This document shows, one piece after another, positions 1 to 8,206 of a DNA stretch of 64,000 bases. Below the pieces are notes generated by a model, which saw only the letters and a program-made list of their open reading frames with translations, was not told where the DNA came from and did not search any database. This DNA comes from Promethearchaeota archaeon (GTDB lineage Archaea; Asgardarchaeota; Lokiarchaeia; Sigyniarchaeales; SOKP01). Numbering within the stretch: the stretch's first letter is position 1; each line of letters begins with the position of its first letter. Position numbers and translations under genes: made by a program. The stretch lies in assembly GCA_008080735.1 (NCBI GenBank), contig SHMW01000011.1, forward strand, positions 1-64,000, given 5' to 3'.

Positions 1-193
1 GTTCCATATCGGTTAAATTGGGACCAATGAGTTCTACATTCTCGTCTTTAATATCTTTTTCGTCTCTAACTTTAACCAATTCGAAATGCTTTTCTATCTT
101 CGGTCCGCCGAGTTCCACATACATCTGTTTGGATCGGATACGTTCTCCTTCATAAACAGGCCCAACGTCTGTTGGCATGTCGCTAAAACTCAT
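1..193 (-). CDS. cdhC: Acetyl-CoA decarbonylase/synthase beta subunit (ACS), N-terminal part; runs off the window edge
   Basis: Not in the ORF track. Manual translation from ATG at 193 gives MSFSDMPTDVGPVYEGERIRSKQMYVELGGPKIEKHFELV..., matching the archaeal CdhC N-terminus (EGERIR..M.VELGGP). GAGGT SD upstream; lies directly downstream of cdhB. Confidence 0.92.
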   Translation of the reverse strand, partial: MSFSDMPTDVGPVYEGERIRSKQMYVELGGPKIEKHFELVKVRDEKDIKDENVELIGPNLTDME

Positions 194-240
194 AACATTT
201 ACCTCTTTAATTATTTGGTTAATTATATTTATTTAGTTAA

Positions 241-771
241 TTATAAATTTTCGATTAATTCTTCTAGGAATTCTTTCCATTCAGCATCATTGAGATTTGC
301 TAAACTAAATCGCGCGTTTGGATGTGCATATTTGTCCAATTCCACCGTTCTTACCCAATTTGTAAAGTTTTTAAGTCTGCTGAGTGTTTGGCTGCTGTAA
401 AATACAAGATGACCACCAAAAATAGCCATTTGATATTGGCCCTCTCCATCTAAGCCTTTCCAGTCTTTATCTGAGAGTCTATCTGTAATATTGATAAGAG
501 AAACATCATACAACTTATCAGCATCGATACTCTCCTTTAAACGCTTAAATACATGCCCCGTCGCAACGATATCGCAATCAAGTTTTTTCGCGATGTCAAT
601 GAAATAGTCGACAACCTTTTTCCCGTCAAGTTCCCAATTTAAGGATTCTGAGCCAATAACGAAGACTTTCTTTTTACCTTCTTTAATGATATTGGCCATC
701 ACCTTCGGATCTTTCACGGTCGTTCCCATCTCTGGTCCTGGGATGTTCGCTTTCTGATATGGTCTTGCCAT
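241..771 (-). CDS. cdhB: ACDS/CODH complex epsilon subunit
   Basis: 176 aa with ANIPGP start, VATGH, L.D..WKGLDGEG, LS.LKNF and HPNA.FS motifs typical of CdhB; adjacent to cdhC. Confidence 0.9.
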   Translation of the reverse strand: MARPYQKANIPGPEMGTTVKDPKVMANIIKEGKKKVFVIGSESLNWELDGKKVVDYFIDIAKKLDCDIVATGHVFKRLKESIDADKLYDVSLINITDRLSDKDWKGLDGEGQYQMAIFGGHLVFYSSQTLSRLKNFTNWVRTVELDKYAHPNARFSLANLNDAEWKEFLEELIENL

Positions 772-1190
772 ATTTCATCACTTTGAAATTTTGTATTATT
801 TGCTGTTTTAATTAATCTAATATACTATTATTTAGATTTATAATGTATCTAATAAAAAATTTGTTTTTATATTGATTTTGATTCAAGTATTTAAGTGAAT
901 CCGAGAAGTGAGCAGAAAGAGAGGTATCTAGGCGCATATAGGTGGTGAGTGAGAATGTGCGACTCCCGTCATTATGCGTGATACTAATGCCATCATCCAT
1001 AGGTATGAATGAGAAACAATATTAATATATATTCAAAATAGAGAGAATTACCCAGAATTATGACCTACTTGATTAATAAAAAATGCTATGATATGTATTG
1101 GTGTGTAATATGCAGATTTATAAGCTATGGAGTGATATTGATAGCTATTAGAGTGGGTAGTATTTAGGGATTAAGGATAAGTGATTAGTC

Positions 1191-1913
1191 ATGGTTTTTA
1201 ACCTAATTGATATCGTAAATGGGATTTTTAGTATGATTTTTGTTATCTGCTCGGTACTCATAGGAGTGAAAATCATCTTAAAATATCGTCCCACCAATAA
1301 TCCGACCTTTGTCTATATGGGATTGACTTGGATAGGTCTCACAAGCCCTTGGTGGGGGTCCACGATAGGCTTTGTAATTGGTCTATTCAATGATGGGCAA
1401 GGGATCTCTCTGAGTGCCTATCTGTTGATAACTATTACCTTATTACCGGTTTTTATCTTATTTTACCTCAAAGCCATCACAGATTTATTATGGCGTCAAG
1501 CGCAAGGAGTACTCATCATCACATATGGAATAGTTGGCGCTCTTTTCATGATTGCGTATATCTATTTTTCTCTCGTCGCGCCTGAGGTGGTGGGAGGATT
1601 AGAAAATCCCGTAGATATTCGCTATAATACATTTGCAAGTTATTATTTAATGCTGATAATTCTAACCTTCCTAATAGGAGGTGTTTTCTTTGGAAAGGCA
1701 TCCTTAAAGTCTAAAAATGCCTCTGTTCGTTTTCAGGGAAAATTATTGATCATTGCATTTTGCTCTTTTTCCATTGGTGCGTTTCTTGACGCCTCTATTA
1801 AATTGAACGTTATTGGCTTACTTATCACGCGCGGCATCCTAATTTCCAGTGCGCTAGAATTCTACACAGGATTTATATTACCCACGTTTTTACAAAAACG
1901 CTTTTTAGAATAA
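1191..1913 (+). CDS. Stand-alone ~7TM membrane protein (HisKA_7TM-like)
   Basis: 240 aa, about seven hydrophobic segments, no soluble domain. Confidence 0.7.
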   Translation: MVFNLIDIVNGIFSMIFVICSVLIGVKIILKYRPTNNPTFVYMGLTWIGLTSPWWGSTIGFVIGLFNDGQGISLSAYLLITITLLPVFILFYLKAITDLLWRQAQGVLIITYGIVGALFMIAYIYFSLVAPEVVGGLENPVDIRYNTFASYYLMLIILTFLIGGVFFGKASLKSKNASVRFQGKLLIIAFCSFSIGAFLDASIKLNVIGLLITRGILISSALEFYTGFILPTFLQKRFLE

Positions 1914-2044
1914 TGAGGAAAAGAATTATTGTGAATAGTAGGAATAGTAGGAATAGAGATTATCGTGAGGTTTAAGTTTTTTCCTTTCCTTTCCAAAATA
2001 AGTTTTTATTTTTAGATTCTAAAAATTAATATAAGGTTAGTTAT

Positions 2045-2344
2045 ATGTGTGAATTTAAAGTTTCGAATAAAAGTGATAAAGCCCAGATTGCGGAAGAGAT
2101 TCTTGTTTTATCATACTCCGATGAGAATGTCCTTCAATTACGGGATATTCTTGGAGTAGCCGAACAAGTGGAATCCGGACTCATCTATGATGTGAACACC
2201 TTAGATCAAACATGCAGCATCATCCAACATCCCCTCGTACAGCCCTTCATTAAATTGGTTGATAATCTCAGTTCCCAGAACGCTACGCCTGAACAGATTG
2301 ATGAAATTATAGATAAATTAGAGGATTTAAAAGCTGCGTTATAA
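2045..2344 (+). CDS. CooT-family nickel-binding protein with C-terminal helical extension
   Basis: N-terminal MCE.KV and L.DILG....V pattern of the CooT family; close to the cdh genes. Confidence 0.65.
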   Translation: MCEFKVSNKSDKAQIAEEILVLSYSDENVLQLRDILGVAEQVESGLIYDVNTLDQTCSIIQHPLVQPFIKLVDNLSSQNATPEQIDEIIDKLEDLKAAL

Positions 2345-2430
2345 TTCGAAAAGAATAAAAAGAAAAAAAAGAAGAGAGTTCACTTTAGCTCCATAATTAG
2401 TTCTTTTTCCAGTCGTTTTCTATAAGTAGG

Positions 2431-2712
2431 TTAATCTCCTGGCAAAATCTCTATTTCCATGGCAGAAACGTTGCTCTTCGAGCCATCTTTATTGGTCACT
2501 TCTTCCGTGTCGATTTTAATATTGCCATATTGTGCTCCCTTGGCAAACTTTCGAATCAACAATTCCCCAACATCGACTGCTCTCGAGATTGCTCTACCAC
2601 GAGCGAGAAGCTTTGTGGGTTTTCCTTCATTCAAACTTGTCATTGCACTCATCACATAACTCATAGAGCGTTTTTTGCCAATATACACGTTTGAATTATC
2701 ATCATCGGCCAT
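2431..2712 (-). CDS. albA: Alba DNA/RNA-binding protein
   Basis: VYIGKK..MSYV, LARGRAISRAVDV and NVSAMEI signatures. Start placed at the second ATG (GGTGA SD upstream); 2718 is possible. Confidence 0.95.
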   Translation of the reverse strand: MADDDNSNVYIGKKRSMSYVMSAMTSLNEGKPTKLLARGRAISRAVDVGELLIRKFAKGAQYGNIKIDTEEVTNKDGSKSNVSAMEIEILPGD

Positions 2713-2931
2713 ATTCATATCACCATTTATTTCTAAGTTGAAATCAATTTTTTCTTATTTTTTTAGTCTCAGTTCTTTTCTCTTTAGAACGAACTTTAGT
2801 ATATATGTAATTAAATTTATTTTAAGTTCTAATTAAAGATTGTGATTCTTAGGGATCTGAAAGAATGATAATAAAGTACCCAGAAGAAAATAAGGAGTAT
2901 TCATCAAAAGAAGAGTAAGGGAGCATTATTA

Positions 2932-3753
2932 TTATTTTCCAATAAAATTTGCATCGCGTTTTTGTTTAAGTGCTTCTAATGACTCCTTGAAATCTTTTGA
3001 GGTGAGGGTTTTAACCCAACCCTTATTCTCTAAATCTAGTTGTTCTTCAATTATATCTCTGAAATAGGCATGCATCGTTTTTTTCATCAGTTTGATCGAG
3101 AGACTTGGACCATGGGGTGGAATTAATTCTATTGCTTGAGCTCGAGTATATTCCATCAACTCATCTCCAGCCACGATCTCATTTACCATCCCTAAATCGT
3201 ATACCTCCTTCGCACTTAATTTATCCCCAAAATAAAACAATTCCTTTGCTTTTTGAAACCCTACATAAAAGGGTAATAGATAACTGGTCCCAAAATCCAT
3301 CATCACGGCTCTTTTCACAAAATAGAGTCCCACCCATGAATCCTCAGACATATAAATTAGATCAGAACACACAAGAGGAAAGGTGAAGCCTCCTCCTACA
3401 GCTAACCCATTTATAGCGGTGAGTATCGGTTTTTCAAAATCCCAATATTTCAAGCAGAGTTTTTTGGAGGCCATATCCCGTAGATTCATTTCTTTTTTGT
3501 ATTTGGTGGGAATTTCCTCGAACATTGTCTTACTGAAGTATCCTCCCGAGCAAAAGGCATTTGCTTCCTCACAGCCGGTCAGAATCATAACCTTCACCTT
3601 GTGATCCTTTTCTGCGTGATCGGCAGCATACCAAAGTTCCAGCAAAGTAAGCGGAGAAAGCGCATTTTTCCTTTCTGGTCGATTTAAGGTAACTGTGAGG
3701 ATCCCGTTTTCTTCCTTTTCATATTTAATATCTCTAAATTCATCAATTTCCAT
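2932..3753 (-). CDS. Enoyl-CoA hydratase/isomerase (crotonase) family protein
   Basis: TLNRPERKNAL, AFCSGG and AINGLAVGGG motifs; close paralog of 37075..37896. Confidence 0.9.
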   Translation of the reverse strand: MEIDEFRDIKYEKEENGILTVTLNRPERKNALSPLTLLELWYAADHAEKDHKVKVMILTGCEEANAFCSGGYFSKTMFEEIPTKYKKEMNLRDMASKKLCLKYWDFEKPILTAINGLAVGGGFTFPLVCSDLIYMSEDSWVGLYFVKRAVMMDFGTSYLLPFYVGFQKAKELFYFGDKLSAKEVYDLGMVNEIVAGDELMEYTRAQAIELIPPHGPSLSIKLMKKTMHAYFRDIIEEQLDLENKGWVKTLTSKDFKESLEALKQKRDANFIGK

Positions 3754-3855
3754 AGAATATATTAAGTGCTAATCGAATTAAAATGCTTTATACTTTTGTA
3801 GGTTTTTAAATCTCAAAAACGTATTTTCAACTATACAAAATTTAGATAATAGAAT

Positions 3856-4545
3856 GTGAAAAATATAAATAAAAATGAAAAAATGTCATTAAGAAAATCT
3901 ATAAATCAGCTAAGAGCAAAGGTTTTTGAGAGAGTGATTAGGGAGAAAGTTATAAAGTGTACAATGTATGCCTTGGTGGGAATTTATTTGTCCTTATTGA
4001 TAATTGGGCACATTGTTGCAAGTATTGCAACAGGTTATACTCTATGGGATAATTGGATTAGTGATCTAGGCGGGATTAAATATACACCCGCCCCCTATCT
4101 ATATGATATCGCGTGTATTTTTGCCGGAAGTCTTACCCTTCCCTTTGCATTTTACTTGGAGCATTTTTTAAGCCCTGATCTGAATAAGACTACACGAATG
4201 CGAATAAGAATTGTGGAATCCGCTTTTATATTCGGCTTCGTCGGATCACTTTCCTATATTGGAGTAGGAATTTTTAGTGAGGATCGGAGTTATTATGGAC
4301 TTCACGGATTGATGAGTGAACTTGCGTTTGGAGGATTTACATTAAGCGCGCTTTTTACAGGTTGGTTCGCGATGTTGTATGAGACTAAAATTCCCAAAAT
4401 ATTAGGCTTTTACGGCGCATTTGGACCACTAACCTTTCTTATCTTATTCATTGTTATCGGAAATCCTCTGTTTGAATGGCTTTTACTTTTTGCAATCCTT
4501 TTATGGATAATACCACTCTCAATAAGCATATTCCATGAAAGATAA
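3856..4545 (+). CDS. DUF998-like membrane protein
   Basis: GY....NWISDLG, VGIF.E and LH motifs, multiple TM segments. True start may be a downstream ATG. Confidence 0.7.
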   Translation: MKNINKNEKMSLRKSINQLRAKVFERVIREKVIKCTMYALVGIYLSLLIIGHIVASIATGYTLWDNWISDLGGIKYTPAPYLYDIACIFAGSLTLPFAFYLEHFLSPDLNKTTRMRIRIVESAFIFGFVGSLSYIGVGIFSEDRSYYGLHGLMSELAFGGFTLSALFTGWFAMLYETKIPKILGFYGAFGPLTFLILFIVIGNPLFEWLLLFAILLWIIPLSISIFHER

Positions 4546-4598
4546 GTAGAAATTAGAAAAAAATTTCATTTCTTTTTTTTTTAGTATTTTAGGTGTGC

Positions 4599-6284
4599 TT
4601 ATGAAGCATCCCAGCCGCCTTCTTCCCTAGCGTTTTCAATATCCTCTGGAACTCGTTCTTTCAGCGAAACATAATCTGTTTTAGCGACCCTATTTAGTGG
4701 AAACTCATCAATAAAAACGATAAGCGATGGTCGTTTATATGCTGCGATTCCTTTACAATGTTCCATGACCTCTTCTTTGGTGAGTGTTACTCCTTCCTTT
4801 ACTTTGATATAGGCAATAATTCCTTCTGTGAAGACATCATGCTTCGCTCCAACGATGGCTACCGATTCAACTTCATCTAGTTCTGCGATATACGCTTCAA
4901 CCTCTGGTGGAAATACTTGATACCCTTTTGGTTTGATGAGAAATTTTCTTCTCCCTTCTAAATGAAGACCATCCTCAGCTATGTAGCCCATGTCTCCCGT
5001 ATATAAAAAACCATCTTTAGAGAGAGTCTTTTTTGTCTCTTCTTCTTTACCAAAATAACCTAAAAATGTTTGAGGTCCCTTGTAGCAAATCTCTCCGATC
5101 TCACCTTTAGATAATTCTTCTCCGGCTGTACCGTCCGCGTTCATGGGTTTTCGAATCGACATCGGATAAATGGGAAAGTCAGTACCCAATGCGGTCACAA
5201 AATCCTCCCAGTTCTCTTTTACAGTTATATAGGAACAAAATCCAGAAGTCTCGGTTAATCCTAACCCGCCCCCAATTTGGGGTGCCATCTTCCTAAGCTT
5301 CTCTAAAAATGGACGATCCACAGATTGACCCGCGCAAATGACAAACCGTAGGTTGCTGAGATCATAATCTGAATAATTCGGCAATCTCCACTCCATCGCA
5401 TAGAGAGCTGGTATTTGACCCATTACCGTGGCTTCATATTTTTGTACGGCATCCAAAGTCTTTTCCGCATCAAATATATGTAATACGACGTTAGTTCCGC
5501 CACCAAAGAGAGTCGTGCAAAATTGCTCAGTAGTCCCTCCCACGTGGCTTGGTGGAAGATTTACGATCATAATATCTGTCTTTTCTAATCCGAACGCTTT
5601 CGCAAGACACATATTCTGACAGATAATACCTTCATTTTTAAGCATCGCGGGCTTAGGAAAGCCAGTACTGCCCGTAGTAAATACGATCATAACCGGATCC
5701 TTTCCACTCACTTTCGCACATTCCTCCCGATAATCCTTCATGGAATCAGGATTTTGCATTGCTTCTTTATATTCCTTTTCAGCTTTCTCGGCGATTTCAT
5801 AAGCTGGGAGTATACCTTTTCGATATCTATCATCAGGATCGCTAAATTGAACCACATATTTTAACCATGGACTATTTTTCCTTACTGCCGCCCCGATCAT
5901 ACCGAAATTCGCCGCCGTCGTCTTTCCAAGATGGCAATACATTTTAGCTTTATCTTTTAAAATTTCAAGGCAGCGCATAATTTCTGGTGGTTTTAATCGA
6001 AGATCAAGAGGTGTCCACATTACCCCAAGCTTGGCACATGCATATCCCAGAAAAATATGTTTATCCAAGTAAGGAAGCGATGTTACGCAAATATCTCCCT
6101 TACGAAATCCCATATTATAAAGTTTGAAAGCCATCACATCAATGTTTTGTTGAAATTCTTTATATGTATACTTTTCCCCCGTATCATATATAATAAACGC
6201 GTCTTTATCTGGTAGTTCTTCTGCCCATTTGTCAATAATGCCGCAAAGCGTATGAGGATATTGTTCAAATTCTTCTTGTGAAAT
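4599..6284 (-). CDS. Acyl-CoA synthetase (class I adenylate-forming), probably initiating at ATT 6284
   Basis: FTTGSTGFPK, GLTET and YTGD motifs. The frame is open 49 codons upstream of the track start (6137) and encodes the typical N-terminus (IIDKWAEELPDKDAFI.YDTGEKYTYKEF). There is no ATG, GTG or TTG before the in-frame TAA at 6302. Confidence 0.85.
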   Translation of the reverse strand: MSQEEFEQYPHTLCGIIDKWAEELPDKDAFIIYDTGEKYTYKEFQQNIDVMAFKLYNMGFRKGDICVTSLPYLDKHIFLGYACAKLGVMWTPLDLRLKPPEIMRCLEILKDKAKMYCHLGKTTAANFGMIGAAVRKNSPWLKYVVQFSDPDDRYRKGILPAYEIAEKAEKEYKEAMQNPDSMKDYREECAKVSGKDPVMIVFTTGSTGFPKPAMLKNEGIICQNMCLAKAFGLEKTDIMIVNLPPSHVGGTTEQFCTTLFGGGTNVVLHIFDAEKTLDAVQKYEATVMGQIPALYAMEWRLPNYSDYDLSNLRFVICAGQSVDRPFLEKLRKMAPQIGGGLGLTETSGFCSYITVKENWEDFVTALGTDFPIYPMSIRKPMNADGTAGEELSKGEIGEICYKGPQTFLGYFGKEEETKKTLSKDGFLYTGDMGYIAEDGLHLEGRRKFLIKPKGYQVFPPEVEAYIAELDEVESVAIVGAKHDVFTEGIIAYIKVKEGVTLTKEEVMEHCKGIAAYKRPSLIVFIDEFPLNRVAKTDYVSLKERVPEDIENAREEGGWDAS

Positions 6285-6473
6285 TTTTAATCTCCCCTTT
6301 TAAATTAGTCATATTCACGCTATAATAAGAATCACTATCAATTAACTCTTAACTTTATAATTTTTAATATAAATTTCTCTCTCCAGAGGAAATGAATACC
6401 TAACAATATTACGATTTTTATAGCTCTAAACTATTTATCTAATGGAAATCGGTTTTTTTATCTTTCCATCTGT

Positions 6474-7205
6474 TCATTCTTTAATTTTTGGCCGGAATTT
6501 TAACATGAAAAAAATGATTCCCCACATTAAGAAGAGTGTTATTACTCCAAAAACCCACCCTCCTTCACTGGAAGTGAGATCTATTAACCAATCAAGAGCA
6601 AAAACACCACCTAACGCATAAATAAACATCATGAAAAATCTTCCTACGTACATCCATAATAAGGTTTTTTTCATATCATAGTTAGCAACGCCTAAAGGAA
6701 CCATAAGAGTAGAATCTGGTAAAGGGGTTAAGCCAAAAAGAATAATTATTCCAGGAATTGCGCGATCATATTTGAGAATTAGCTGATGCCAACGATTTTC
6801 TTCTTTTTCTTCTTGCATCACTGTTTCCGCCCCTCTGCCAATAGTATAATCAACCATATCCCCCATCGTGTTTGCGAAAGTTGCAAATGCGACTAACAAT
6901 ATAATCAAGCCCCAAGCAGGAAAACCTAATAAACTAATCCATGCTGAGGAGAATAGTGTAATGGGTAAAGGATACGGAATTGGAACTGGAACTAATGCTC
7001 CCAGAAAACAAACTAACATAGTAAAGGCAAAAGACAAGATATAGTTAACATTTCCCAAAGCATCTGCATCAAACCAATTTCCAATATTAAAAACCTCCCC
7101 AAAATCTGGATATAAAATACAAAGAACTGCGATAATTATGACAATTAGCAAGAATATGAGCAGAAATAGATTTATTTTTAGTTGAGAATTTTTTGATTGA
7201 GTCAT
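6474..7205 (-). CDS. DedA/VTT (SNARE-associated) family membrane protein
   Basis: GD.V.Y.IGR and LTPLPD....VPLG..NY motifs. Confidence 0.8.
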   Translation of the reverse strand: MTQSKNSQLKINLFLLIFLLIVIIIAVLCILYPDFGEVFNIGNWFDADALGNVNYILSFAFTMLVCFLGALVPVPIPYPLPITLFSSAWISLLGFPAWGLIILLVAFATFANTMGDMVDYTIGRGAETVMQEEKEENRWHQLILKYDRAIPGIIILFGLTPLPDSTLMVPLGVANYDMKKTLLWMYVGRFFMMFIYALGGVFALDWLIDLTSSEGGWVFGVITLFLMWGIIFFMLKFRPKIKE

Positions 7206-7319
7206 GATCTAATTTCAATTCAGAGTACTAGAAATTAATAAAAAGAAGAAATGACTCTATTTAAAATCCCAATATTTTGTTAGGATGATATGATAAAAAC
7301 TGACATTGTCTAAGAAAAT

Positions 7320-8108
7320 TTAAGAATTTATATTTCTCACGATATTTCTGAAATGTTCAATAAATTTCTCCTTATCCTCGTGCTCATACCATGCTGATGC
7401 CTGCTTTTCCAATTCATATGCCTTATCATATGATTTATCTAAGAAATGATTCGCGCATAACTTGATTGCATTTAAAACGGTTTGATTTTTCGTCGATATA
7501 AAACGAGCCTTATCTAATGCTTTTTTCATTAAATCCTCTTGATTTTCTGCGATTTCATCAATAAAGTTTATTTCTAAAGCTTTTTGAGCGCTAATTCTTT
7601 CCACCCACATAAGTAAACGCTTTGTCCAATTAATCCCTATTATCTTAGTGAATAGAATTACACAACCAGTACCTGGAAAGATTCCAGAATAAATTTCGGG
7701 CATCTGGAAGAAGCTCTCTCGAGTAGCAATTCTGTAATCACAACATTCTACAAATACCGCACCTTCCCCCATAGTCCGGCCATTTATCGCACATATCGAA
7801 GGTTTTCCATTGAAAAGCAACTCACAGACTTCCGCAGCAGTGCCTTCTAGTTCTTTTACAGCTTTATGATCACTGCCATCAATAAAATCGAGATCCATCC
7901 CAGTACTAAATGAATCTCCCTTATTTGTGAGTAAAACCCCCCGTATTTTTTTCTCTTCTTGACAGTATTCAATTGCTTTTTTCAGATTTCGCAATAGATC
8001 GATTGTGAAGGCATTCGAACGGTGAATTCGATTTAAGGCAATTATACCAAACCGTTTTTTTGTTGAAAATTCAATATCTTTCCCAAAATCCAAATCCTTG
8101 CTTGTCAT
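7320..8108 (-). CDS. Enoyl-CoA hydratase/isomerase family protein
   Basis: FSTGMDL, AING...GEG and PE...GIFPG motifs. Confidence 0.9.
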   Translation of the reverse strand: MTSKDLDFGKDIEFSTKKRFGIIALNRIHRSNAFTIDLLRNLKKAIEYCQEEKKIRGVLLTNKGDSFSTGMDLDFIDGSDHKAVKELEGTAAEVCELLFNGKPSICAINGRTMGEGAVFVECCDYRIATRESFFQMPEIYSGIFPGTGCVILFTKIIGINWTKRLLMWVERISAQKALEINFIDEIAENQEDLMKKALDKARFISTKNQTVLNAIKLCANHFLDKSYDKAYELEKQASAWYEHEDKEKFIEHFRNIVRNINS

Positions 8109-8206
8109 GAGGTTATTATCTAAAGTTTTTTAAGAAATTATTATAATTTATATTAGTTTAGTTAATTATTAGTGTTCTGTATAAATAAAAAAGCTATCAT
8201 CCTAAC

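Noticed and set aside
923-985. SECIS element
   Set aside because: The minus strand has AUGA but no opposing GA for the kink-turn core, and I saw no UGA-interrupted gene in the window.
1191-1913. Rhodopsin identity for the 7TM proteins (also 17214..17936 and 58342..59205)
   Set aside because: No retinal-binding Lys in the last TM helix of any of them.
1933-1956. GAATAGTAG tandem repeat (about 2.7 copies)
   Set aside because: Too short and without spacers; not a CRISPR array, likely slippage.
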